Made by a program: the position numbers and the translations under genes. A stretch of 64,000 bases of DNA from Isurus oxyrinchus (lineage: Eukaryota): NCBI GenBank assembly GCA_026770705.1, contig JANJGN010000151.1:992001-1056000 (forward strand), written 5' to 3'. Position 1 is the stretch's first letter, and each line of letters starts with the position of its first letter. The notes under the pieces were generated by a model, which searched no databases, had not been told where the DNA came from, and saw only the letters and a list, made by a program, of their open reading frames with translations. Shown piece after piece: positions 14,221-26,756 of this stretch.

Positions 14221-14559
14221 TTATATATTGTCAGTATTCACTGTTTCACCGCCATCTACTGGACGGTTTCTACTATTGCAGATGTTGTGAAAATGTTGAT
14301 TTGAATTGCTGCTTCCGACATTAATGATAGAATTTTTACAGCGCAGGAGGATGCTATTCGGCCATTCCTGTCCGTGCTAACCCACTAGACCCTGTATAAG
14401 TTTATATTACACTAAACCCTGTCTCAGTTTATTTTACACGAGACCCTGACTCCGTTAATATTACTCTAGGCATTGCCTCTGTTTATATTAAAATAGGCCC
14501 TGTCATCGTTATTTGTGTGTAGACAATATCTCTTTTTTTCTTTTTTTCTTTTCAGATAA

Positions 14560-15720
14560 GGATCCAGTTTCGTTTTGAAAGCATCAATTGCCCCTCAATT
14601 CACCACGCTGTCAGGCAGTGCATTCCAGATCCTAACCACTCACTGCGTGAAATGTTTTTCCTCTTGTCTCTATTGCTTCTTCTCCAGATTACTTTAAAAC
14701 TGAGCCGTCTGGTTCTCAATCCTTCCATCAATGGGAACAATTTCACTCTATCTCCTCTGCCCAGACCCTTCGTGATTTTTAATACCTCTATCAAATCTCC
14801 TCTAAACTTTCTCTCCTCAAATGAGATTAAAGGCAAGTGCTCCATTCTTTATACATAACTGGAGTTCTTCATCCCTGAAACAATTTCCATGAATCTTTCC
14901 TGTGCCCTCTCTCATGCCATCAAATTCTTCCAAAGGTGTGGTGCCCGCAATTGGATGCAATTTTCCAGTTAAGGCCTAACCAGTGTGTCACACACGTTTA
15001 ACATCACCTCTTTGTTTTTACATTTTTTCCTCTATTAGTAAAGCTCAGGATGCTGCAAGCTTTATTAACTGCGTTCTTTCAACTTGTCCTGCCACCTTCA
15101 ATGATTTATACACATAAACACCCAGGTCACTCGGTTCCTGCAGCCCCTTTGGAATCACACCCTTTCTTTTATATTGTCTCTCTGCGTTCTTCCTACTAAA
15201 ATGAACAACTTTTTGCCTTCTCTGCATTAAATATCATCTGTCACTTGTCCGCCCTTTCCACCAACCTCTCGATGTCTTTTTGAAGTTCTATACTATCCTC
15301 CTCATGACCCGCAATGCTTCCACATTTCGCATCATCCGTATATTTTGAAATTGTGCCCTGTACACCAAGGCCCAGTATATGAATAAATATTATAAAACGT
15401 AGGCATCGTAGCACTGAACCTTGGGGACTGCATTATAATTCTCCCCGAGTCCGAAAAACAACGGTTCAAAACTACTTTTTGTTTCCTGCCACTCAGACAG
15501 TTCCCAATCCATGATGTAACCGTTCATTTTATTCCAGCGAGCTCCAACTTTGCTCACAGGTCTTTTGTGCGGCGCTTCATCAAATGTCTTTCAGAGACAT
15601 GTAAACCACATCAAAAGCGTTACCCGCATCCACCATCGCTACTATGTCATCAAAAAACTCAAGCAAGTTAGTTAAACATGATTTGCTCTTAACAGATCTA
15701 TGCTGGCTTAATTTATCAAG
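14560..15720 (-). mobile_element. CR1-type LINE fragment
   Basis: Minus ORFs EERKFRGDLIEVLKITKGL..KLFPL and DLGVYVYKSLKVAGQVE. Confidence 0.85.
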
Positions 15721-16699
15721 AAACCACTTCTACACATTTATCGGCTCATTACCTCCTGCGCGAACTCCCAATACTATGGTGCAACTATGGCAGATTAACG
15801 TGGCTGATTTGCGCACTTTAAAGTCAAGAAAAGAGCTAAGTGTCTCAATTCCTTTGTTTAATTCTTGAAGATCGTGTTTCAACCGAAGAATGTGGACTAA
15901 GGCGCACATTGTGGGAATGATGGAAACTTTAATGACTAACTCAACCGGTGTGAAGTGGGGAGAGATCTTTTCTTTATGGAACCACTTGAAATGCGGTGGC
16001 GGTGATTTCCTCCGATTCTGCAGGTGCTACAGAACCTCCGCGGTCGGCAAGATGAAATGTGTGCGTATGAGTGCACGCATCAGATTTACTTACAAGTGAA
16101 ATCCACAAAGATAAATAACCATTGTTACCTATTATGTTCCATGTTTTATTTTATTGAAATAGTATTTGCTGTTCGTTTAATATCATTAACATTAATAGGG
16201 AAGACATTGACCATTCCCTCACCAAGGAATACCTCTGTTCCTAGTATTCAGTTGAAAATTGGACTACATTATTCCGCGGAGGGTGAGCATATACACACCA
16301 GTCTCAGCGGTTCAGTTTTAAGTGCTTCGCTCAACATTAAACAGGATCTCCTGACATAAACGTTGAGAGTGTGATAAGTTGTGTGAGTGATTGTAAGTAA
16401 TCAATCTATATATACCTGACCTGAATTTACTCCATTTTAAAATCCTGATTTATTATTACCCTTGTTTGGAATTTGCTGCTCTCCTGCAAGTTTCACACTA
16501 TTTTTGTTGCCGCGTTATTCCTTCTTACCCCGTTACATTCATCATTTCCACCGGTACAATCCTGAGGAACAGAATGACCTCCTTCCCAGCCGGGAGCACG
16601 GGTTCATTCTAGAATCTATGACTTATTGTCTCAATCTAACACTTTTCATTTTGCACCTATAGTTCATAAAAAGGAACAGGAAAAAGAAGAAAAATATAT

Positions 16700-17030
16700 A
16701 TTACAGCTCCTTTCACGATCACCGGAGTGTTTTACAACCAAAAATGTGCTTATAATGTGTATTCACCGTTGTAATGCAGGGCACACCGTAGCCTGTTTGA
16801 GCACAGCAATCTCCCACAAACAGCAATATGATAATGACCAGGTAATCTGCGTCTTTGCGTATTTTCTTATGTTTATTGACTGATAAATGCTTGCTAAGGC
16901 ACCGGGGATAACTCTCCTGCACTTCCAGATGAAATAGTACCATGGAATCTTTCACATCGACCTGAGCGGGCAGACGGCCCCCAGTTTAATGACAGAGGGG
17001 AAAGTGCTGCCAACTGAGCCACAGCTGACA
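16700..17030 (-). mobile_element. Deu-domain-type SINE, degenerate
   Basis: CCATGGAATCTTTCACATCGACCTGAGCGGGCAGACGG resembles the Deu-SINE core as recalled; related pieces at about 35820-35900 and 52165-52305. Confidence 0.5.
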
Positions 17031-17114
17031 ACCAAAGTCCCTTGTGAATGCATATATAGACAAAGAAGACACAAATAAGTAGAAATCCAGGCTACGGCTC
17101 AACGTTCTACATAG

Positions 17115-17299
17115 ACACATAGTTAAATCAGACTGAATCCGGCCATAATGATATCCAAAACCTGAGTGAAGAGTCCTGCTGGTGGTACAAGCACTGACTG
17201 TAGGTCTGATCTTAAGTCTGACAACAGAATTATTCTTTCATTGTGCGAGTTGTACTCTGAGATTCGGCCATTTTGTAGATTAGCCAGAACTTCACAGTA
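17115..17299 (+). pseudogene. Possible heavily deleted V-segment relic
   Basis: LNQTES...WWYKH, then KSDNRIILSL..DSAI..AR with frameshifts, then heptamer-like CACAGTA at 17293; no nonamer. Confidence 0.3.
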
Positions 17300-19978
17300 A
17301 TTCAAATGATTTGTGGGCCAACTGGGTCATTTCGTTAAACAGAAGTGTATTCCTTGGACCTTGAATCATTACAGAATTGGAGATCGTTAATAGATTGTGA
17401 AACACCAATTGATTAGGAGTGGTGAAATGATTAGGCATTATTGATATAGTGAGAAACATCATTTGGTTCCAAGCAATTGATTTTCTGGGAAAGATGAAGG
17501 TTTGGAACTGTCAATAGATCAAACCATTAATGAATTGAGACACAACTGATGTTTATCAAACACAATCAACGGCAAAAAATATACCGAGAAATATAAATTG
17601 TTTTGCAATATGACAGCCTGGTAATGTTACGAAAGTATAATAATTTCACTATATTTTTCTGGCTTATAGTCAAGTAGGTTTATGGGAGTGAGTATGGTTG
17701 GTTCTGTCTGTGTGATTCAATTACTTTTGGAGTCAGGTAGTCTGTAAGCTTGGAATTATCAAAAGAAGCTAGGTGTAGAAATATGTTTGAGTTGCTAATG
17801 AGTAAACATGGGTGGTGGTTTAGCCTGTAAGTTGGGAAGGGAATTTTCCATTTTAGATAAATGAAGGGATTGTTTGGATTTCAACAGGATGTCAGTCTGT
17901 TTATAACTATCCAGCTAAGCAAGGCTAAGCAGTGTATTTATTTTTCCCAAATGTTACTGACAATATTGGTAACATGAATTTTTTATTATCATGGGAAAGG
18001 TACCATTCCAAAGGCATATGGAACAATATAATTTACATTTAAAGAGAGCGACAATATATATAGGAGAATGAAATGCTGTGTGAGGCGAGGGCCATGTAGG
18101 GTCAGCAGAACTGTGTGAAACTGCCTTCAAGAAGCCTCCAGCTATTTGTGCATAAGTTGGCTATGTCCAGTAACAGACATTAGAGGAAACCATTTGGAAA
18201 TCCATTGCCAAGTGGGCACCAGGTTAACTTGTTGGTTTTCTTTGAAATCTAAAATCTATTTTGGACTGTTGCCTTAAAGGCGGTATGTAAGTGGGAGTCA
18301 GGTTAATTCGGAATTTTAGAATTTGTTATAGCATTAAGTAATTGCAGTCTTATGTATGTGCTTGAAAACTTTTATTTTGTTAATATACATTTTAATTTAA
18401 TTATTGAAATCTCTAAAGGTCTTAGTTGACTCATTATTGCTGAAGACTGTTTACTCATCTTCTTCTAATAAACACAAATTGCAAAACCTTTGTGATGGTG
18501 TGATCAAGTTTCTCTTGTGGATTTGGTCCGCCTGGCCACAAATCAGCTGCTATGTCATAACACAATGTACCTGGAACTATCTCTCCATTCATCTGTCACT
18601 GTTTCTGTTAGCTGGCACAGCAACAGTTACTCCTGATAGTGGGACATTAAACATGAATGGCAGCGTGCACAGACTGGGTAATTATGATAGATAAAAGTAG
18701 AGATCCTCTTCTACAATGAGGGGGATCAATTGTGTATTAAGGAACTCTGTGCTGTTTACCTAAAAACATTTAACCAATATAATATTAATAACTATATTAA
18801 TAACAATATGAATAATTAATTTTGCCGCAATTTTGAACATTCGTGAAGGGTTTAAAGGTATAAGTTAAGGGCATAAATTTGTCTGGAAAGGCAATTACTG
18901 AATATTTCCACATTGACTTATTGTTAGAGGCTTCATATCACAACACTATTTCTCCCCGACCAGAAAAAGTCTCAAAAAGCAACTGTAACCGTATGAAAAA
19001 CATGAGTTTCGATTCTTGTCGTCCCATAGAGCATTCATGTTCAAAACTGTGATTCAGATCACTTCAGCTACTTCACCGACTCAGCTCTGTCCAGCTGATG
19101 CACCATGTCTGATCTAACCAGAATCTCCATCGCGGCAATCCTGAGCACATCTCATTGGAGTACGGACCTCACCCATCCAACTCGTGAAGAATTGATTCTC
19201 TGCACGAATGTACTGAATGGAAAGCCTCTGGGGCGTGTGTTTAAAGGGGTTAAGGGCTTGTGAATTTGCGACAACAATCTGTAATACCCATCGGATATGT
19301 TTCATTGTGGCAATATTTTTCAATCAATATTTTGCCGTGGACTTTTTTCCCGTGCTGTTTAGAATGTTGTGACTGCACTAGTATCACAGAGCAGCAAGAA
19401 ATTACCAGGGAAATTGAAACAAAATATGTATTCAACCATCAGCTATGTTTCTGCTGCGATTGAAGGAATTTGGTTGAGGATATGCTGAGTGCTTTGTTGT
19501 GCATGAAAAGACCGCATGTTGCACATGTTATAATCCCCGTTTCTCATCACAGTGATGCAGCCGCTTTCTATCTTTGAGGTAAAGATTCAGCATCACCAGA
19601 AAAGGATCATCAGTACCGCAGGGATATCTCCAGGTTGCATTTGGTGACATTCAGCTCGTCAGTTTTCAACAGCCAAGGAATTGGAATGATCCAGAAAACG
19701 GGGAAGGACTGGAAGTACTAGACAGACACAAATGGAATAAAGGACCTGCTGTAAGTTATGGAGCAGTCAATCGTAAAGATGAAAATATAGAACAGCGTTT
19801 ATCAGGCACATGCATCCCCCCTCCCCATCCACCGATCCATCCATCCATCTGAAGAAGAGTCATACAGACTCTAACCGTTAACTGTTTTTCGCTTTCCACA
19901 GATGCCGTTAGACCTGCGGAGCTTTTCCAGCATTTTCTATTTTTACAGCCGTCCATCCGTTTGTCTGTTTGTTTCTCC

Positions 19979-20010
<32 letters not shown>

Positions 20011-20056
20011 GTTGTTAATTATGTTTCCATCGTTAACCATGAAATATTTTCTGCAG

Positions 20057-20384
20057 GAGTGAGTTCTGGACGTTCAGTCGGACAATGGCCAACAGAAGCC
20101 CAATAACTAGAAGGAATCTCGAGCATGAATTGTATCTACTCAAATTCTGTTGTGAAGTATTTTTGCAGCCTCACTGTCAGAACCAGATTGCATCGTCAGC
20201 TTCCATAATTCGGGCACATTCATATGAAAAGATCATTAAAGGTCACTTTTCACTCATTCGAACAATACCCAAGAATATAGCTGCTTTCACTTTGTTTACT
20301 TTTCAGGTCGCTGAGACCCCCGTGTATTACTGTCTGCTGAGGCCCCTCAGTGAGAAAAGCCTCGGGGCAAATCGTATCAATGCA
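20057..20384 (+). pseudogene. TCR alpha/delta-type V pseudogene with decayed 23-RSS
   Basis: Acceptor TTTTCTGCAG; GVSSGRSVGQWPTEAQ*LEGISSMNCIYS..., frameshift, ...KGHFSL...QVAETPVYYCLLRP; CTCAGTG (20346-20352) + 23 bp + decayed nonamer. Confidence 0.8.
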
Positions 20385-21051
20385 ATGTTTTGTGAAATCA
20401 GTGAAAATAAGTTTCATTGAATCCGGCCACCAGGCGGCGCATCAGGCCGTGGATTCTCATCTCGTGTCTTTCTTAAAAGTACTTGAGGAGAAATGATATG
20501 ATCTCATATTAATGCCCATTAATGTGACGTTTCCTTAAAGACCCATAATTGTGGAGTTTAGATCAGTGTTATTCAACAGCTCAGCTCCAACACATTGGGA
20601 TGTGATGCCTATTTGTTCTGTTCTCCACTGATAGGTTCAGCCCCTTGTTTTAACTGATTTCAACTATGAAGCGATCAGTAACTATAGAATAATACAACAA
20701 TTATCTAATTCCTGCCGCGAGACTGTTTACCCCAGATTTGAAATGACTATAAACCTAACCCAGCTCTTACAGACAGGCAGAATTAAATAATTTCTGTTGG
20801 GCGCATTAGTCTTGAATTCAGCTCATATTAGATAGATTTTACGAGTGACAACAGTGCCCGCGGCCGCATCCCCCAGAGTTCCGTTTGTTTCTCTCGCCCT
20901 GATCTTCCTTGTTTTTCCTGTGTTTTGGAAAGTTGTTTCCCACTGTGCCCGGTTTCACTTTGGTTGGATCAGCAGTACAGTGCGCCGGGGATCTGCACTT
21001 CTGCCCTGACAGAAGATTTGGTGGATTGTTGAGTTGCAGACTCGGAGCATT

Positions 21052-21568
21052 ATGGGGAATTGCATTACACAGCTCCTCGTCATCGTATCACTTCTTAGTT
21101 AATATTTCCTTCCCAGAAAAAAATCAGTTCTCCCCTGACTGCAGTAGCCCACATGTTATTAATTGTAAGGTGATGTTGCTGATGATTAAGCTACTGGAGA
21201 TGATGATGATGATGACCCTGATAATGATGACATTTACCCAACTACTCCATATTAGGATGGAGCCATCCAGACACAGTGATCGGGTCGGTTGCTGAAATGA
21301 TGCCGAAGCTGAAATGATGCCGAAAACGACAGGAACACCACGTGATCTGCACCTTCAAAACAAATCACTTCCACCGTTTGTTCTGGGACCGTCTGGAACG
21401 CGGGCAACATCCACAGCTCCTAAATCAACTGATCGGTGAGAACGAAAACAAGAAGACAGACATCGTTGGCCAATTCTCTTCTACATTTAACATAACTATC
21501 AAGGTAACGGAGCTGCGGTTCTGATCTGCGACGCAGCCGAGTGTTTCTATGCCACAAGCCCCACACTG
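21052..21568 (+). pseudogene. TCR alpha/delta-type V pseudogene with leader
   Basis: Leader MGNCITQLLVIVSLL (21052-21097, weak donor). Exon from 21256: GWSHPDTV..VICTFKTNHFHRLFWDRLERGQHPQLL..GQFSSTF..DAAECFYATSP. Contains a 17-bp tandem duplication GCTGAAATGATGCCGAA. Heptamer CACACTG at 21562-21568. Confidence 0.8.
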
Positions 21569-23051
21569 CGGCACAGATACAGCGGATCCAGATGACAATC
21601 CTGCAACGAGCGGCTCAGTTAATGCTCAGCAGACGGTAACCGAACGCCGAGAACAAGGACAAATATTCAGCTTCAGTGTAAGATTCAGGCGGAACTTTCT
21701 TGAAGGAGATCAAAAACCCGCAACATTCTGTTGTGCCATGACTTCCGAGCTCCAGGGCATTGTAACCAAAGATGCACCGGGGAACACCCCGCCCGGAATT
21801 TCCCAGGCAAGGTTTGCAAGACAATTGCCCTGGAAATACAAACTTCCCATGGACAATTGCTCTACACTGGGAACTATCGGAAAATGCAATTTACATCGCA
21901 AACTTCGGATGGTTCCGACTTTCTTACATCAATTGTTACCCAGAAAAAAATTAGAAGCATTGAAGCCACATCTAGCTCCTGGGTATCTAATGTACAGACC
22001 GACACCCACCAGGGTCCCCCCGCACCGCCGAACGGCCAGCGCACTCCCCCACCCTTTAGACCCCCTCCCCCCAACCCCTCGCCAATGGGACACTCCCCGA
22101 CATCCGAAACCTTAGGGGGCACCTCGTATCCCACGGCTACTCTCGAACGCCCAAACCCAACTCCTCATATGAAGAACGTCCGGCGAAGTCAGTAAATAGA
22201 CGCAGAATTTCCCACCGCCTGGCAATGGGGGGCCCAGTGGATTGTGAACAGAAGAGAGCGAAGGAGAGAAGGAACTATAAATAAAAGCAGAAATGATATA
22301 AATGAACAGAGTTTACAAATCCAGACAGGAAATAGAAAAGCAGACAATGGGTTAAAATTATTGAATCGTGCAATGACAGTGATTGAAAGGAAGATCTGAA
22401 CATTGTCCCTGTGCACCCGATTGCCACCTGCTCCACAGTGGATCAGCCTCACACTTTATACCGAGTGTTTAAAACTTGTACAATATTCCGGTGACGGTGA
22501 GTGAAACCCTCTCCTTCTGCCGCCGCCTCCACCAGCGCTGCCCTATATCGGCTCAGTGCCTGTTTGGCCTCAGTGCTTAAAGACCTGAGAGATTAACCTG
22601 TGAAGATCAGCAAATGAGGTCCCAATGGTTAATAAATTCAGTGTCGTCTGCTCTCATTAGTTAAAAATTTGAAACATTGAACTGTGACAGGCGAATGAGT
22701 ATCTCGTTTTCGATTAGCTCTTTGTGCCTATCTGTATGCTTTGAGACACCTACACAAAGGAATATAAAGTTGAGACTAAGAACGATGAGTGATACAGAGG
22801 GAGTTTGATAAAAGTGAGACTCAGTATGGTGCATATGCAGAGAAGCATTAACAGAGGGACAGAGGTGAAGGTGAGATTGTATACATTGAATGGGAGGGAG
22901 AGACATCAACAGAACGAGATGTATAATGCTGAGGCTTGAGGACAGCCAGTGGTATAAAGAGAGAACAGCAGAAGGATATTGATGCCGATATGTATTTATA
23001 AATATAAATGCACGGAAAGTTAGCAGTTGATAATTACCATTCTCCCATTAG

Positions 23052-23334
23052 AATGACCCTTGGTGCAGTGAACTGCGGTAAAGAGATCATCACTGTTCTG
23101 TGTAATACAAATGAACAAACGATACTAACACTGACTGAAGTTCTGGGACGAACACACAGTCTCTAGGATCTTCAGTGATACCAGGAGGTTTGCGAATTGG
23201 AGAAACCTAGGGATTTTAATAAGGAAAATGGGGATGACGCTGGAAGAAACAATGGGAAACACAGGCAAAAATTTACAAACAGTTAACAATAAAAACTCGT
23301 GGTATAGGAATCGGAGCAACATTGCTGCACAGTT
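23052..23334 (+). pseudogene. Possible very old V relic
   Basis: Acceptor-like CCCATTAG, ..EQTILTL..DLQ*YQEV.., ..NSWYR.., and CACAGTT about 276 bp later; canonical cysteines are lost. Confidence 0.25.
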
Positions 23335-23419
23335 GAGTGAGAGCCATCTCAATGCATGAGCTCAGTGCCTAGTTGTACACAGTTATTCAAGAATTAAGCA
23401 ATACTCATTTATTAGTGAA

Positions 23420-24340
23420 CTGTATAATCCCTCTGTTATATTAAACCAGAGCTCGCCTCATTTATTACTGCGCTGGACTGTTACACTAGGTGATGTCTTA
23501 GCTATTATTGCATTAGATGTGCCTCCACTTATATTTTTGTTACTTCTGACTACAATAATTTTAATGCTTATGTTTATGTCACACCAGACTCTGTTTCAGT
23601 TGAACTACACGAGGCCACATCTCATTTTACATTGAATACGTCCCTTTTCTCGGTTATTTGCAATAGAATGCATCTCTATCTATGTTGCCCTAGGCCATAT
23701 CTCAGTTATTATCGCAATAGGTCATCTCCATTAGTGTTAGGCAACAACTTCTCTCAGTATTACAAGAGACCAAGTCACTCTTTACATTACAATAACCTTT
23801 GTCTCTGTTTACGGTACCTGAGACCCTATCAAATGTATTGCAGCATTAGACGTGTCTCTGCTTGCATTACGCGAGACCCTGCCTGAATTACAACTGCATG
23901 AGACTCTGACTCGTTTTACATTACACTGGACTATTTCTATGGTATACTGCATTAAAACATGACTGAGTTAACATTACACTAGGCCACGCCTTTGCTGATA
24001 CTGCACTACGATTGTACTCACATTATACTAAAATACTATATGGCCCTATGTACATTACATCAGGCCATATCTTTGTTCATATTATCGGGTGGCTTGTCCG
24101 AATTATTATCACATTACCCTTGGCCCTGTTTATATTTCAGTAGGCCATATCTTTTTTATTACTCCTCCAAGTCAAGCTCCTGTTTACATTATACTAGACT
24201 CATTTCTAGTTGTTTTACTCCATGCCTTGTTTCAGTTAATACTGAACTAGACTCTGTCTCTATTTATATTACACCAGGCCATGTCTTAGTTAATGCCATT
24301 CTAGGTCACATCCCTATTTATATTAAATAAGTTTATTGGC
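23420..24340 (+). repeat. Highly degenerate 27-bp satellite
   Basis: Residual CTAG..C..TGTCTC..TTTATATTA periodicity. Confidence 0.6.
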
Positions 24341-25809
24341 AGTACGCATTTATTTGTTTATCTTAACAGTGATTTACACTAATTATTGTTCTCAAAGCAA
24401 CATTTTTAGCGCGTTGAAAAAGCTGACAGGAATTGGGCGGACGTGCGGAAAGGCTGGTGACTTTATCCACTGCAGGTCAAATCATCGGCCATGTTTGTGT
24501 GACGTACAGTTGGCATGTTTGTGTGATGTTCTATAGGCCATGTTTGTGTGACTTGCTGCCGTTATTAATTTCCCTTTCGTTCTTTACTGGCCTTTCCGCC
24601 CCTGTCTTCAATGTTGAGCAGCATTTTTCCGAAATCCGCTGTCAGTTTTGTGAAGCCTTTGACCTCGAACTTGTCACGGGGTTTATTTGATCGAGTGTTG
24701 CTGTTGCTGGGTAAGAGATAATTATACATCATAAACAGATTTCAAAACAGAAGCTAATAGCTGTGATCTTTAAAGAAAGCCGCAAGAAATTCGCCTTTTG
24801 CCCTGCCGAGCGCCGTTTCATTCTGTGTTACTGCAAAGGGAAGTTCTGAATATTCCCAACCTGGAAATCAAACATGGCTGAAATGAAACATAATTTTACA
24901 TGTAACCCACCGGAGGAGTGGTGCAGGAAGCATTTGGTTAAATGACAGGAGGAGTTTGTTCTTTGTTTTCTGACCCGCGGGCTCTGGGCGAGGGCAGCTC
25001 CTTAGCTCATTTTCTGCAGTTGTGTCGTTTTGAGCTGGGTTTTTTTTTGGTAACTTTGTCGTGGTTGACCATTGCCTTCCACTCGCAGGAGCAGGACCCA
25101 AGTCAGCCTCAGCCAGAACGCGAACAAAACCATGCGATTGGCATTATTCCGAGACAGAACTAGCCACCTAGCCAACTGATCTAACCAGCTGCTACTTCGT
25201 CTTGGTGCATGTTGTGCACATCTGCCAGGATATTGGTAATGTCACTGGGCTACTTCAAACTGTAACCTGTCCCCAATTGCTGGATCCAGGAAGATGCTGG
25301 GTCTGAGGCACCGGCCTTCGGATCAGAAGTCGAACTGGGGTCCCGCCAGCCCGTTCAGGGCGATGTTAAACAATCTCCGGAATATTGGAGTAAGAGTGGG
25401 GAGGGGGGTTCTGCTGTTGTCCTGGGCCCACATTCCACCTTCAAAAAACACCACCCAATACAAAGACATGCACCGACCTCCCAGTTCATCACTGTGGGGA
25501 AAGTAAGGCGGCAGCGCAACTGGCAGTAAGAAAAGCTCCCCTCCCCCACCCTTGTACACCAGAGTATTGTGGGAGGGGCTTTCACATCCGGATCACAATC
25601 CAAATGTGGAATCAGAAAATTGCAGCCTCCTTTTATAAACCTGTCTCTTATTCACACAACACTGAGCCAGCGAGCCAGGAACCGTGTGGCAAATCAATGA
25701 TCTCAGCGAAACAGCCCTGTGCAAATCAACTCGTTCCCGCTAAAATACTTCAGTCCAGCTCTGAGGTTCGGTCTCCCAGTGCAACCCAGGGCTGCAGTCT
25801 CCAGCTCCT

Positions 25810-25820
25810 CGTCATATAAA
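25810..25820 (+). promoter_or_regulatory. Half-CRE plus TATA-like motif upstream of the NAR-TCR leader
   Basis: CGTCA-TATAAA ending 21 bp before the ATG; rather close for a true TATA box. Confidence 0.3.
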
Positions 25821-25841
25821 CCCTCAGCTCCAGGCAGAACG

Positions 25842-25884
25842 ATGGGAATCCTTCTTGTTTTCACCCTGTGTGTCTGTTTACCCC
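25842..25884 (+). CDS. NAR-TCR V leader exon
   Basis: MGILLVFTLCVCLP + 1 nt, phase-1 donor GTGAGT; 144-bp intron to acceptor TTTCCAG. Confidence 0.9.
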
Positions 25885-26028
25885 GTGAGTACCGATCAAA
25901 CAAACCGATATTGTGTGGATTTAATATAAAGCTGCCCGATTCCCTCCCATTTACAGTCACTGCCTGGGGTTTTAACCCCGTTCTGTGGTTCGGCTCTGAT
26001 GGTCCATTAAACTCTGTTTAATTTCCAG

Positions 26029-26322
26029 GCTCTTTCAGTCAGTCAGTGGTACAGACCCCGGCAGCGGTGACCAGGAAGGAGTGTCAGTCTCTCACCATCA
26101 CCTGTGTTTTCTATGGTGGTTTTTCCGCTCGTCCTTTGAAGGGCGGGGATTTCTTCAGACAAACCCAGACCGGGACAGAGCGGGAACGGATCCCCAGCGG
26201 GGGGAGATTTGTTGTGTCGGTGAATAAAGCAGGAAAGACATTTTCGCTGGAAATTCGGGATGTGAGAGTTGAAGACACCGGCACCTATTATTGTAAAGCT
26301 CAGGACAGATGGGTGGAGGAGT
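26029..26322 (+). CDS. NAR-TCR (VNAR-like) V exon, apparently with a fused D
   Basis: Open frame SFSQSVVQTPAAVTRKECQSLTITC...FFRQTQTGTERERIPSGGRFVVSVNKAGKTFSLEIRDVRVEDTGTYYCKA-QDRWVEE. Shows the VNAR-type truncated CDR2/FR2, the YYCKA motif and an extra FR1 Cys. Confidence 0.92.
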
Positions 26323-26350
26323 CACAGTGGGAGGGACATGAACAAATTCC
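26323..26350 (+). other. 12-spacer RSS 3' of the NAR-TCR V
   Basis: CACAGTG + GGAGGGACATGA (12) + ACAAATTCC. Confidence 0.9.
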
Positions 26351-26665
26351 TCTGTACGATCAGAATATAAATTCTCCGGGCCCGGATAGTGAATTGTCGG
26401 CTTGATGTAATTTTCGCTGTAACCTGGTTACATTTCATTATACTTAGCACAATTCAGTTATCTTCCTTTGGCAGTTTTCTCGGTTTAAATGAAGTGACCA
26501 CCTCGTTGACGGGACCATTTACTCAGAGCTCAGGGCCTCACAAAGAACAGTTTGAACCGAGAGAGACTTTGGAACTTTGAATATTGTTTATTTATTTAAA
26601 TCCGCTGAATAATTGGGCAGTTTCTACTGTTTGATGATGATTTCCCGACAGGTTAAGGTATGGGT

Positions 26666-26704
26666 GGTTGTTGTACCGGGGAGACTGTGAGCAGTGTCAC
26701 TGTG
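26666..26704 (-). other. 23-spacer RSS of the NAR-TCR J
   Basis: GGTTGTTGT + 23 bp + CACTGTG on the + strand. Confidence 0.92.
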
Positions 26705-26756
26705 GTGGATTATAAATATGTGGAGGGATCCGGGACAGTGGTGACTGTCACAGCCG
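26705..26756 (+). CDS. NAR-TCR J segment
   Basis: VDYKYVEGSGTVVTVTA + G, phase-1 donor GTAAGT; EGxG rather than W/FGxG, as in NAR-type J segments. Confidence 0.92.

Noticed and set aside
15850-16010. Minus-strand KWFHKE...CALV followed by CACATTC
   Set aside because: Too short and no nonamer; compatible with chance.
19548-19586. Perfect heptamer CACAGTG (similar case at 40542)
   Set aside because: No nonamer at 12 or 23 and no convincing V coding end.
21549-22195. Overlapping 188-aa and 154-aa ORFs
   Set aside because: Low-complexity Pro-rich ends from C-rich DNA, no domain; they begin inside a V pseudogene RSS.
22395-22461. Minus-strand J-like segment after CACTGTG
   Set aside because: Nonamer matches only 4/9; no FGxG/WGxG motif or splice donor.
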